Virus record (IMG/VR): IMGVR_UViG_3300020214_000007
Coordinates: 25,038-89,037 of that record
Direction: 5' to 3' (one strand)
DNA: 64,000 nucleotides
From: a virus
Under the pieces are notes generated by a model that saw nothing but the letters and a program-made list of their open reading frames with translations, did not search any database and was not told where the DNA came from. Positions 1 to 10,800 of this stretch are shown one piece after another (the first letter of the stretch is position 1; each line of letters opens with the position of its first letter). A program made the position numbers and the translations under genes.

Positions 1-378
1 GGGTAATGTAATTATATTGTATATATAATCAAAACTAAGCACATCAGTACTGCTTATAGCAAAGGTGGGGTCGTTAACAAAAGAACCAACATCTATTTGA
101 GAATATGTATAAATGGACATCTTTTTGTATCCAGGTTCCGAATCATATTCCAAAGCCTTAACCCTATCTTCAAGATCTAGAACAGCCATCGATAAAAAGT
201 GATGATCCTTTAACACTCTTTCAAAAGCTTCTGAGAGTTTTTGATCTAAAATACCTGATCGATTATATAAATGCACTAGGTCTCTATAGTTTTGTTCTAC
301 TCGCAGGTTAAAATCGGCACTATTAACAGGGCCGTTGTACTGAACGGTTCTATTTTCTGAATTTAAGATATCTGACAT
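1..378 (-). CDS. Virion-region hypothetical protein, runs off the left edge of the window
   Basis: ATG at 378 directly after the stop of 380..820. Open frame MSDILNSENRTVQYNGPVNSADFNLRVEQNYRDLVHLYN...IITLP continues to base 1. Absent from the ORF track because it has no stop. Confidence 0.8.
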   Translation of the reverse strand, partial: MSDILNSENRTVQYNGPVNSADFNLRVEQNYRDLVHLYNRSGILDQKLSEAFERVLKDHHFLSMAVLDLEDRVKALEYDSEPGYKKMSIYTYSQIDVGSFVNDPTFAISSTDVLSFDYIYNIITLP

Positions 379-379
379 A

Positions 380-820
380 TTACTTTGCTCGTCTTTCTAG
401 TTGATTAATTTTAAAATTTAAATTTGATAATTTTGCGGCAATAGAATTAGTAGTATACAATTGAGTCTTATGCTCACTTGCTAATGGTAACGGACTTGGA
501 TCGATTCCGGCATAAAAAAGAGTAACAGAATCCTGAGCCAAATCATAGTATTTTGCTCCAAAATACCCAGAATCAGACAGGGTATCTTCTTGGTGCATAT
601 TAGATGTTTCGGCCCCAACTATAGATTTTACCCTATTAAATATTCTAGTATTTATTAACTCTAGCTCTATGTATATTCTACTCATATCCATGTATATTTT
701 CTGATAAAAAAGATTTTCTTGACCACTTTTGCGTGCGCTCCTATAAAAAGAACGAACTCTTTTTAATAAGGGTTGTCTTATTATTTTCTTCTTATTTGGA
801 TCTTGATAGGTTATTGTCAT
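380..820 (-). CDS. Hypothetical protein (146 aa), probable virion component
   Basis: Intact ORF tightly packed in the structural operon; no recognisable motif. Confidence 0.7.
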   Translation of the reverse strand: MTITYQDPNKKKIIRQPLLKRVRSFYRSARKSGQENLFYQKIYMDMSRIYIELELINTRIFNRVKSIVGAETSNMHQEDTLSDSGYFGAKYYDLAQDSVTLFYAGIDPSPLPLASEHKTQLYTTNSIAAKLSNLNFKINQLERRAK

Positions 821-824
821 AATT

Positions 825-3017
825 TTATCCTAACTCTTGATCTTCTAATTGTCGGTTGTTTTTAAACTTTAAAGTAAATGAATCAATACTTGGTGATCCT
901 ATAGGATTTTGCGACCTTGCTATATCGGCCCTTACCCTAATCGCTTCAACTTTATTTAAATTATTTGTATAATAGAATATTCTGGAATTTGATCTTATAT
1001 CGGTCCTACTGAAGATCTCTTTGTTTCCAAAGAAGTTTTCTATAGTAAATACATAATCATATCTAGATCTATTCTTTTTAAATTCTAGTGGATCTACGTA
1101 ACTATAATAGTCTAGATATACCAAACCATAATTGGCCAATGTCTTTCCCTCCATCAACGTTATTGATCCATTGGTATTTTCTTCTGCATCTATTAGAACT
1201 TTAATCACGTTAGTGCCCTGCTTAAAATTCCATTCAATCATCTGAGAAGATTGATTCGATATTATGTGTGTTGGTTTGCCATTTACGTACACGGTAATAT
1301 TCCACTTTTTTGAAACATCATCATTTTTAACAAAGTTATGTCTAATAGTTTTTTCCGAAGAACAGAACACGTTCGTTTCTAACAGAAAACTAACCGCAGA
1401 AAGATTTGGGCCCACAAAAAAAGTAGGATTATTAACAACACTGTATGGCGGAATTGTATAAAGTTGTTTTACGCTCGATTTTCCCTGGATAATGGAATTC
1501 CAAAAGCCCAATGCGTCAGTTTGATTAAAGATTTTGTTAGTATAATTTATATAATATCCTTTTGCTGTTCCAGTACCGGTAAGAATATAGGAATCATATG
1601 GATTGTCGCCTAGGTCTATTCCAGCTATTCTATAAATTAATTGATTTGGATATAGATCTATTGTTGGATTCTGTTTATTAATATTTGGTTCTTCGGTTTT
1701 TGTAGCAAGGGGTATTTTTTGTATTTCTGTTTGTACATTTTTAACCGTGTTAACTATTTTTTTTGATTTTATTGTTGTACCCTGAAAAGAAACAATACTC
1801 GGATATGACGCAAGAGCATTATTTTTAGTGGAAATTGGAGTCCAGCTAAAATCAGAAATTAATTCAGCGGCGGGATTATCTTGTGCAACAAAATAAGCAA
1901 TACTTCCGTTTTCTTGGCCGGATTCACTAACGGACAATGATACGGCGTCTATGGCAAGATTTTTGTTGTCTTTTGTTTTAATAGCTATTGGTTTACTTAC
2001 ATATGTTGCAGATCGTTCATAGTATTTTCCTGATATAGCTATATCCCTAAATGAAAACCTATAAGCGTATTTGTCCTTTCTGTTCTGCTCTATATAATCC
2101 GGTTCTGATTTTGTTAAAATTAAATCTATAGATAAAACATCGCCAGCTTGAAAGTTAAACGAAAACCTATCATAATCCCTTGATGCTTTTTTGCTAGAAA
2201 TATTATTAGTTTTTGTTGTATCTGCATAGTTTACCCTACAATAAATATCAACTGGGGAAATGGTGTTTAACTTACCGGAAATATTTGACAATAAAACACC
2301 TGCACTAACTGGCAAGTTCAAAGAGAATTGCACCTGCCCTATAGAATCAAAGAAAAAGCTTTTTACCCATTCTGTATTTTCTAATCCATCAAATACCGAA
2401 GGAAAAAATGACTCATCAGAAATTAATTGATTTGTTTGTATAGAACTTTTATTAAAAGACAAAGAATAGCTGACGTTGTTAGCCACAACACTCTTGGCGG
2501 ATATTAAATCAAAAACCGCAGAACTAAGCGATGGTAGACCAACTTTCCCATTGACAATGTCGACATAGGCTGTCGTTAAACCAAGATCGGTCCCCTGCGT
2601 AGTCGCAAAAGTTTCGGTGTAAGAAGCATGTATCGCATCTATGTTTTGATTCACGAATAAAAGATCATCTATTTTATTTTCTAACTCTATTCTTTTTGCT
2701 CTAAGATTTTGTAGTCTTTTATTTAGTGCTGTTGTTACTCTCATAATTTCTTCAATGTTTTCACGCACCGCATCATACAACACCTCTACATTAAATAATG
2801 TAAAAAGCATTTTTTGATTATAGATATCAACATTGCTAGCAAAAAGTTGTCTAAATATTTCTGCATCTATGGGCAGGGGTTGACCAATTTGATAGGCTGA
2901 AAAATATTTAGAGAAAAAATCTAATACTTCTGATTCTTTTGGAATATATCCAGAAGAATATAGGTTTCTATAAATTACATCTAAAAATTTTTCTTTTTGT
3001 ATATTAGCTATACTCAT
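825..3017 (-). CDS. Large virion structural protein (730 aa): N-terminal coiled coil followed by beta-rich domains
   Basis: Intact ORF, ATGA-coupled to the upstream gene. Heptad segment LNKRLQNLRAKRIELENKIDDL. C-terminus SPSIDSFTLKF resembles that of the neighbouring gene (TPVIYSYKL). Confidence 0.7.
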   Translation of the reverse strand: MSIANIQKEKFLDVIYRNLYSSGYIPKESEVLDFFSKYFSAYQIGQPLPIDAEIFRQLFASNVDIYNQKMLFTLFNVEVLYDAVRENIEEIMRVTTALNKRLQNLRAKRIELENKIDDLLFVNQNIDAIHASYTETFATTQGTDLGLTTAYVDIVNGKVGLPSLSSAVFDLISAKSVVANNVSYSLSFNKSSIQTNQLISDESFFPSVFDGLENTEWVKSFFFDSIGQVQFSLNLPVSAGVLLSNISGKLNTISPVDIYCRVNYADTTKTNNISSKKASRDYDRFSFNFQAGDVLSIDLILTKSEPDYIEQNRKDKYAYRFSFRDIAISGKYYERSATYVSKPIAIKTKDNKNLAIDAVSLSVSESGQENGSIAYFVAQDNPAAELISDFSWTPISTKNNALASYPSIVSFQGTTIKSKKIVNTVKNVQTEIQKIPLATKTEEPNINKQNPTIDLYPNQLIYRIAGIDLGDNPYDSYILTGTGTAKGYYINYTNKIFNQTDALGFWNSIIQGKSSVKQLYTIPPYSVVNNPTFFVGPNLSAVSFLLETNVFCSSEKTIRHNFVKNDDVSKKWNITVYVNGKPTHIISNQSSQMIEWNFKQGTNVIKVLIDAEENTNGSITLMEGKTLANYGLVYLDYYSYVDPLEFKKNRSRYDYVFTIENFFGNKEIFSRTDIRSNSRIFYYTNNLNKVEAIRVRADIARSQNPIGSPSIDSFTLKFKNNRQLEDQELG

Positions 3018-5153
3018 GTCTGCTCTGCTCTTCCTATTAATTTATAGGAATATATTACTGGAGTTACATTTCCATATTTTGGTTTAAACATTTCTACTTT
3101 TACTTTTATTCTTTTTGTTTCAGAAGGAATAGCTGGTTGATTATAATAACCAACTCCCTTTATTCTTTGTCCCGTCTGCACAAATTCATTGAAAGACAAT
3201 ATTTCTGGTATGCCAGTGTTAGGATTTTCTATTGGAGAAATTCTAATCCAATTTTTTGCCTCGTCCAAAGAAATATAAAACTTTAAAAGTACTTCATTTT
3301 GAGCTATAGCTGTTTGATCTAGCTTGGAATCTACAGATATGGTTAAATTTTTTACATTGTAAGAAAACTCATAAGTCGAAGAGACAAATGAAGCGCTAGA
3401 TTGATAGGTTTGATATCCAATGTCAATTGACCTTAGTCCGATTGCCCATCGCTTTGCCGAATAAATTTCATATTCTTTTTTAAGATTAATTGAAGTGGTG
3501 TACGTTTTTGGGTTGAACGTCTGTTTTGTTGTTTCAACATTTAAATTTTGAAAATTAGATGCAGTCCACTCACCCTGAGTAATTTTTTCTTGAATATAAA
3601 GCTTGATTCTATCAGCTGCCTCTTTGCTTTCAGCTTTCCAGGCAGAATCCACATTTGTGGAAGCCGCTTTTTCTTGTTGTTTTTCCTGAGTTTCAAAACC
3701 GGTAAAAGAATTTGTATAATAATTTTTTACTAAAGACGAACCGGATTGTCTTTGGAAAGAAATTAAATAAACATCTGACTTTTCCTGATCTTTATACGTA
3801 ACACTAATCTGCTGAACGCTTAAGTCAGATTGATTTTTGTATTGATTTGGTTTAGTTATGACCGGCACTAAATCGGCAGTATTATATTGTATTTCCCCAA
3901 AACCCAAAGAGGCCAGGGAACTAGGGTCAAATCTAGTTTGAGTATTTAAAGCAGATAATCTTCCAGATGAAGGAAGCGGCTTCCAATACATGTGTTTTAC
4001 ATTTACCGAAAAAGAATCAAGCTGCTCCATATGTATTTGTATTTCAGAAGTTGTCACTTCGGGAAACGTTAGCTTAACTTTGTCATAAAAATAATTCTTT
4101 GAAGATTCTGTTGTTACCGGAACAATGCTTGTCCCAACATAAATCGGTTCGGCGATGAGATTAATTTCTTTTGCTTCTTGATTAATTGCAATTATTTTTG
4201 TTATTTTTAATTGTACGGCGGGTGCTTGATCGGTTCCCCAAAATGGAATAATATCAAGAGTATTTGCTTTTGCTGGTCGATCAGACTTAATGCTGAGCAC
4301 TAATCTGAGTGGCTCAGCCTCATTATGACTTGCCCATGATTTATATTTGATTGTTCTAGAAGTCCCAGATATTTCTTCGTATGAATAAAAAAATTCATAT
4401 TCTTTTGCTCCACGAGATAAAATTTGTGTTTTTGGTATGTTAATCGCCTCGTACTCAAAATATGTCAGAGGATTATTGTCAATTACATTTGACAATAAAC
4501 CAGAAGAAGGATTATCTTCGTAGCTATATTTGTATATAGATTCTTTGTCTTTTAGCGAATAGGCTGTATGGTTATTGCCCAAAAAACCATTTGATTTACT
4601 TTCGATAATCGAAATTGATTTTGGCTGCCAAGATGAAACTTGATTAAATTGAAGCTGAGCTGATCCTCCGACTTATGAGCGGTAAGTTTTTACTGGCAGC
4701 TAAATCTATAAAATCTAAATTATCAAACGAATCACCAAGGTAAAACAAATCTGTTCCAGGGCTCTTGGTGTATGTGTTTAGAATACTTGTTTTTGATTTT
4801 ATTCTATTTATAAATCTTGCCTCTTTCTCAACTTCCGCATTAAATAAATTAAATGTAGAAACAAACATAGCGGTTTGATAGTCTAATTGTTTAGCTATAA
4901 TATTTAAATCATCCGATACTGATTGAATAAATTTATTTATTTTTTTAGACGATGGTGGCTCACCTTTGACAACTGGTTGATATTTTGAAATTTGCGTTCC
5001 CGCATATTTGTTTATTTCTGTTACCAAAGTATTGTACTCTTTGGCTATTTCGGAGTAAGATGCGCTTTTGTTATTTTGATACTTAGCTATGAAACCTTGA
5101 ATTTTTATTATGATTTGATCATAGTAAATTGTACCTGTTGATAATTGAGCCAT
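3014..5153 (-). CDS. Virion structural protein, ~712 aa after one +1 shift at CGG-A (4670..4667)
   Basis: ORFs 4644..5153 and 3014..4582 join: ATA AGT [C]GGA GGA TCA gives LIS-G-GSAQLQFNQVSSWQPKSISIIESKSNGFLGNNHTA. Confidence 0.75.
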
Positions 5154-5158
5154 ATAAG

Positions 5159-7807
5159 TTAACCTAATTGAAGTAATTTTTGAACGTTGATGTCGGGAGA
5201 CTTAGTTTTCATCTTAACTATAACATTGTCAACAGACCCGCTAGAAAAATAATTAGAAAAATTATTTCTTACTATTAACCTAAATCTTAAATAATTATTC
5301 ATATAACTATATATTACATTAAAGGGTTGATTAATTGATTTATTGAAAATAATATTTTTATCATTTTGAAAAAATAGAATTTCAGCCGTATTATAAAAAC
5401 TTGCTTTTTCAAAACTACCATCTAAATAGTTTGTTAAATTGATCGCATACGATCCATCTGCAAACCTTACAACTGCCGGACTATACCCGAAGTATTCGGC
5501 TGCTGGTATAGTACCATATGTTAAACTATATGTTGCATTTTTCAAATAACTGCTATTTATGTATGGATTATTTTTTAAAACCACCTTATTTTCAGATCCT
5601 GTTTTTTGAAAAAATTCTCCATCTACGCCCCCTTTTCCTGCATTCAGTAGCTTGGTGGCGTCTGACAATACCGAAACGTCAACGTATTGCTGAGAATAGT
5701 TAATGTCGTCTAACTTATAGCTAACAATATATACTGAATTTTTATTAAATGCATTTAAAATAACTAATTTATCAAACTTATTTACTGTAAATTTATTGTT
5801 AGGTAATAACTTTTGATTCTCAAAAACTTTTACCGTAGTATCCTGCGGATAAAAGCGCAATTGGGCGGAAGCGGTAGGGGGATCAACAAATAGCATTTCT
5901 GATTCAATTTCATTAGAATCATAAAAGGCTAATGGTATCCAATCTTTTTCGCTAACTGGATCATCTTGAAACGAAATTGAAAGCTCATAAGAGTTAGGTT
6001 TTTGTAGATCAAAAGAAGCCGAATTGTATTTTTCTAAATTTTTATCTAAGTTAACTTTCCCCTTAATGCCGTAAAGATCGCCGGGAACCGATATCTTGCA
6101 GCTTATATAAGAGGCTTTAGATAAAGAGTATGATTTATTTGTTTGATTTACGGCGTTTATTTTTCCAAATTGAATTTCTTTTATTGTAAAAGAATATTCG
6201 TAATTATTAAGAGAAAAAGAATTATTATTGAACAAATTCGTTGAGTTAAAAGAAGTGCCAGCAATTGTTTGTTCTGTTGAATTTTCAAACGCCTTATAAC
6301 CTAAGTCATTTAAGTTTTGAGATATGACTGATGGCGCACTAGATATTTGAGATAATCTATTTTCGGTATATGCGGACTTTGTTTCTTTAAAAAGAGAGTT
6401 TTTAAATACATTCATTTTTGATCCGAGGGCTTGAGAAACAATATTGTTTATCATCACAGTTAATGGACTAGTTGTAAATAATTTATTATTGTCATCAATT
6501 CCCAATAAACTATTGTTTTCTTGATCAAAGTTATTCTCAACAAAGCAAGGGTGGTTTTTGTCATAAATAGGAAACTTACAGGTATAATATTCTGAATATG
6601 AATAATCATTTCTTTTTAGTTCGTCTATAGAAACTTCTCTTTTAAAGTATTCAATAACAATATCTTGAAGAACGCTGTATTTATTTTTTCTTTGTTTTTT
6701 TGATTCTAAGACAAATTTTGATAAAGATCTAGAAATAAGTTCATCTATCAATGGCGGGTTATTCGATTTTGTATAAGTACCTTGATTAAAAATCAATATA
6801 ATTTTTTTAATTTTATCTAATGGAATATTTATATCCACCGTTGAATTAACCAATATCGGAGCATTAAGTATTTTTTTAATCTGATAACCAGAAATCGGAT
6901 TGTTAGAGTTTAATGAATAAATTTTTTCTGCGGCGCCTGATGCCTCTACGGCCACTTGAAGCAGTTGTAGTCCATTACTTTCCCCGGGAAAAACTCTAAG
7001 AAAATCCATTTCTACTTCTTTTATGAAAGAAATTTCCATTAAAGTTTTTGCTCCAACTATATATGAATAATCATAATCTATATATTTAGAAATTTCACTA
7101 ATCGTAGAGGTTATAACTACTGGAGATTTTATCGAAACACTCCAGGTATCAGATTCGTCTTCATTAAATAGTGAATTTAAATTTCCTTCGGAAGAAACAT
7201 ATTGTTTATAATTAGAAAATGTTTTTATTTCTTTAATATTATTTAATACATTTATTGGATGAATTCCTGAACCTATTTTGAATGTTGACGATACGGGATC
7301 TACAAATCCATCCCCATTGCTGGAGAACAAAAGCCCACCTCGATCTGTGTAGGGTACTTTTTGGCTTTCATATTCGTTTGAATTTAAATTATTATCAAAA
7401 TTTTCGATATATGAAAAATTATATAGATCATCTTTTCCAGATAAAAATTCATAATTGTTAACGTAATTTTCATAATATGCCAAAGCCGTTTCTGCCTTAG
7501 CTATTTGCGATAACATGATTTCGGTCATTGAATTAATTACCGTATTAATTGAATTTGATGCGTCAAAAAACCTAGAGAATCTTAATTCAAAATCCCTAAA
7601 AACATCAACAAAAAATTCTGATTTAATTAACTCTCTAGAAATTGACAAAGTGGGAACAAAAGTCGGACCAGAAGAAAAATTACTAAGATTTTTAACCAAC
7701 TCAGCCACTTGAGCTTTATCAACTCTAATATCCCTGATTAAAGAACCAACAGTTCTTTGTGAGTCTTGAGAAAATGTTTTTATAGTATCCGGAAGAAAAT
7801 TAATCAT
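5159..7807 (-). CDS. Large virion structural protein (~882 aa)
   Basis: Intact ORF. Likely start is the ATG at 7807 (MINFLPD), just after the stop of the upstream gene at 7812. Same coiled-coil plus beta-rich layout as its neighbours. Confidence 0.7.
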   Translation of the reverse strand: MINFLPDTIKTFSQDSQRTVGSLIRDIRVDKAQVAELVKNLSNFSSGPTFVPTLSISRELIKSEFFVDVFRDFELRFSRFFDASNSINTVINSMTEIMLSQIAKAETALAYYENYVNNYEFLSGKDDLYNFSYIENFDNNLNSNEYESQKVPYTDRGGLLFSSNGDGFVDPVSSTFKIGSGIHPINVLNNIKEIKTFSNYKQYVSSEGNLNSLFNEDESDTWSVSIKSPVVITSTISEISKYIDYDYSYIVGAKTLMEISFIKEVEMDFLRVFPGESNGLQLLQVAVEASGAAEKIYSLNSNNPISGYQIKKILNAPILVNSTVDINIPLDKIKKIILIFNQGTYTKSNNPPLIDELISRSLSKFVLESKKQRKNKYSVLQDIVIEYFKREVSIDELKRNDYSYSEYYTCKFPIYDKNHPCFVENNFDQENNSLLGIDDNNKLFTTSPLTVMINNIVSQALGSKMNVFKNSLFKETKSAYTENRLSQISSAPSVISQNLNDLGYKAFENSTEQTIAGTSFNSTNLFNNNSFSLNNYEYSFTIKEIQFGKINAVNQTNKSYSLSKASYISCKISVPGDLYGIKGKVNLDKNLEKYNSASFDLQKPNSYELSISFQDDPVSEKDWIPLAFYDSNEIESEMLFVDPPTASAQLRFYPQDTTVKVFENQKLLPNNKFTVNKFDKLVILNAFNKNSVYIVSYKLDDINYSQQYVDVSVLSDATKLLNAGKGGVDGEFFQKTGSENKVVLKNNPYINSSYLKNATYSLTYGTIPAAEYFGYSPAVVRFADGSYAINLTNYLDGSFEKASFYNTAEILFFQNDKNIIFNKSINQPFNVIYSYMNNYLRFRLIVRNNFSNYFSSGSVDNVIVKMKTKSPDINVQKLLQLG

Positions 7808-7811
7808 ATAT

Positions 7812-10800
7812 CTATACCGTAATCCAATCATTTCCATCCATGTCTTGTATCTTAAAGACAACACCAGCTGTTATATTTCTTCTAATTATAGAATACACAT
7901 CTTCTTTATTGACAAAATTATTCAAAACCGCTTTTGGAAGTTTAATAATTATAAAACCACCCTTAGGATAAGCTTGCTGATCAGGGGGATAAACATCCCA
8001 GAAAGAAACCGCTTCCTTTGTTTCTTTAAGCACTTTTTCAATATCTAGAGAACCATAAGATTCTATATTAACCGATTTATCATAAGTAGATTTTAGACCT
8101 CCACCCTTAACTCTTAAATCCACTAGGTCAATTCCTGATTGTGGTGTATTTTTTAACACGTGGATTAACCCTATTTGAATTGCAAGTGGATCATAGCTGA
8201 CGCTATCGTATTGATTAAAAATATTATTATCGTACGTAAAATGAACGACACCATCAAATACATAATCGGATATGTGATTCCATGAATATACTAGATTATT
8301 TGAGGAATTAATAGCTTTAATATCCTTAACCTCTATCTTAGAAGGCTTAATGTAAATATATAATGGTTTTTCTGGTTCAATTAAATCTTGATTTAAAAAT
8401 GGATTAAGCGGAATTGGATTGCCGTTAACGTGTTTGAGTGGAATACCACTTGCTTTTACCGCGTAAGAAACTCTAATTAAATCTGTATCTTGCGACAGAT
8501 CTTTTGTAAGATCGATTACTCCGGTGTCACAATTAATATTTCTTATAAATTTAGAATCTAGAACTTCCCATTCATCGGCGTCTGATTTTCTTGTTTCTAT
8601 GAATAAATATTGTTTTAAAATACCAATTTTATTTGCAGATGGTTCAATGTAAGAGGCGATAGGTATTTGAGATAGTTGAATTTTTCTTGACGAAAGAAAA
8701 ATAGGATATTCATTTAATACATCTACATAAGGTTTACCCAATATTTGAGACCATAAAACATTTGATACGTCTAAAGTTGAGTACGTAGCTCTTAGGGTTT
8801 TCCCATTATAGTTTTGAAGCCAGTTAACTGAACCATATTCTGGATCAATATAAAACTCTTTTGTAAATGAACCAGAAGTTACATATAGTGGCCATTGATC
8901 TAGCTGTGAAAGATTTGGCGGAATGGAAGATAGAGATATTCTAGAGGATGGAATGTATGAAACATGATAAATCGGACACGCTATTTTCACTGGAGCTATG
9001 GGTGGAATTATTATTCCAGTGTTTTTAACACCAAGAAAATCAGAATCTCCAACATTCCCATCTGCATCCATGGCGAGTACGGCAATATATATGTTTTCTG
9101 GACCCCTTGAAATATAGTCAACATAGTATAGGGTTTGTCCTATAAATTCTTTTTTTAATCTATCATAAAACCCATACAATAAACCACCATTGTTTAAGTT
9201 TATTATTTGATTTTGAAGAACAAAAGCCCCATAATCAATATTGAATTCTATATTTCCCGAATTATTACTAACAAAGGATTGGAGACTGATTCCATAGGGT
9301 TTCCCGACTTTATCGGCCTCTGTGCTGGGCTGACATAACATTAACAGTCCGTCTAGGACACTAATTGAATTTTTGCTTTTTTGAATCAATGACCCATCTG
9401 CTTTTAACAACCAATAATTATTTATTTCAGAAATAGAACTTTTTATTATATTTGAATTTTGATAGTTTAAAGAAGATGTTTCAAAAAATAATTTATTTCC
9501 AGCGGTACTTACAACCACCGAATTAGAATTAACCGGATTTTTGGTTGCAGATAAAACATTAGAAACAGACAAAGTAGAAGAATTTACTTCAATAGTTTTA
9601 GAAGATGTAAGATCTATCGTTATAGATTCATCTTTATAATTTGGCGTTGCTCCAGCGTTCGCGTCTGCGAAGGCGCTAAACGGTGGTTTGTAATTGGTAG
9701 AACTAAAATCGATTTTTGTAGTTTTTAAATCTAAAGTAGCACTTCCGGAAAAATTTGGATATGTTATAGACAATGGTTCTGTGGTAAATTTCACGGACTT
9801 AATTCCACTCAAATCAATTTGTTCTGCCCTATTTGCAGATATATTATCAACTTTTCCAGAAATTTTATATTTAATAACTGCTGGAAGAACCTGTGTTTTA
9901 TCTGCGTAACCAAATTCTTCTTTAGAATAAGTATGTGTTTGTACTATTTTATATTTAGCGGCTTCAATTTCCTTTGCAAATTGAGTTTGAAATTCATATT
10001 TAATATCAAAGTTAATACTTGTAATACTATACCCTTCTGCATATGCCCCAAACTTACCGCCAAGTTTACTTCCAGTAAGCTTAATTGATACAACGCCGCA
10101 CTCTGCAAGTGGCTTGTTAATATCTATCGTAATTGTTCCAGTAGAAGCCGCCGTTGCAGACTTTAACAATATAGACTTATTATAATCTGCCGTTTGAGAT
10201 GCAACGTTGTATGCGTAGCCCCTTACCTCTTTAAGGCTTATTCCTTTATAGTTGTTAGCGTTTTTAAATTTTCCAACAACAATCTTCATCTTTAATATTT
10301 GCACTTTTTGAAGTGCCGGTTTTCTATAAAATGCTGGAATAGCAATATATATAATGTCATTTATTTGAGTAGGACCTTCGGTTCCAGTGTAGGATATTTT
10401 TTGAAAATCTAAATTTTTTACATTAATTAGTTCCCATATTTCTGCAACTGTTGCGGCATGTTCTATATACTTAAGAGCATCTTTATTGTCTTTTTTGGTT
10501 TTAATCCTTTCCGTTACCTCATCATATCTGGGTCGTTGTGTTTGATACATTTTTTTCCAAACCTCTCTTGAAAAGAGAGATTTTGTTTCGCTATCAACGA
10601 TTCCGTCTTTTACTCTAGCTTTATATACTTGTTGAAATTTTAATACAGCGGCTTCTGTTTTGGCATCATACTTTCTGGTCAACGGACACTCTAGCAAATC
10701 GTTATTTAATGCTTTTGCTTCTCTTAAGGTTATCTGTATATAGGCAATGTATTCCGCCAACATGTGCGATCCATTCTTTTTATAATTGGTATTAACATTG

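Noticed and set aside
7805-7864. Possible additional shift joining 7812..13596 to 5159..7864 (ACGGT near the stop)
   Set aside because: The CGG there is out of phase (ACG GTA TAG), and a normal ATG follows at 7807.
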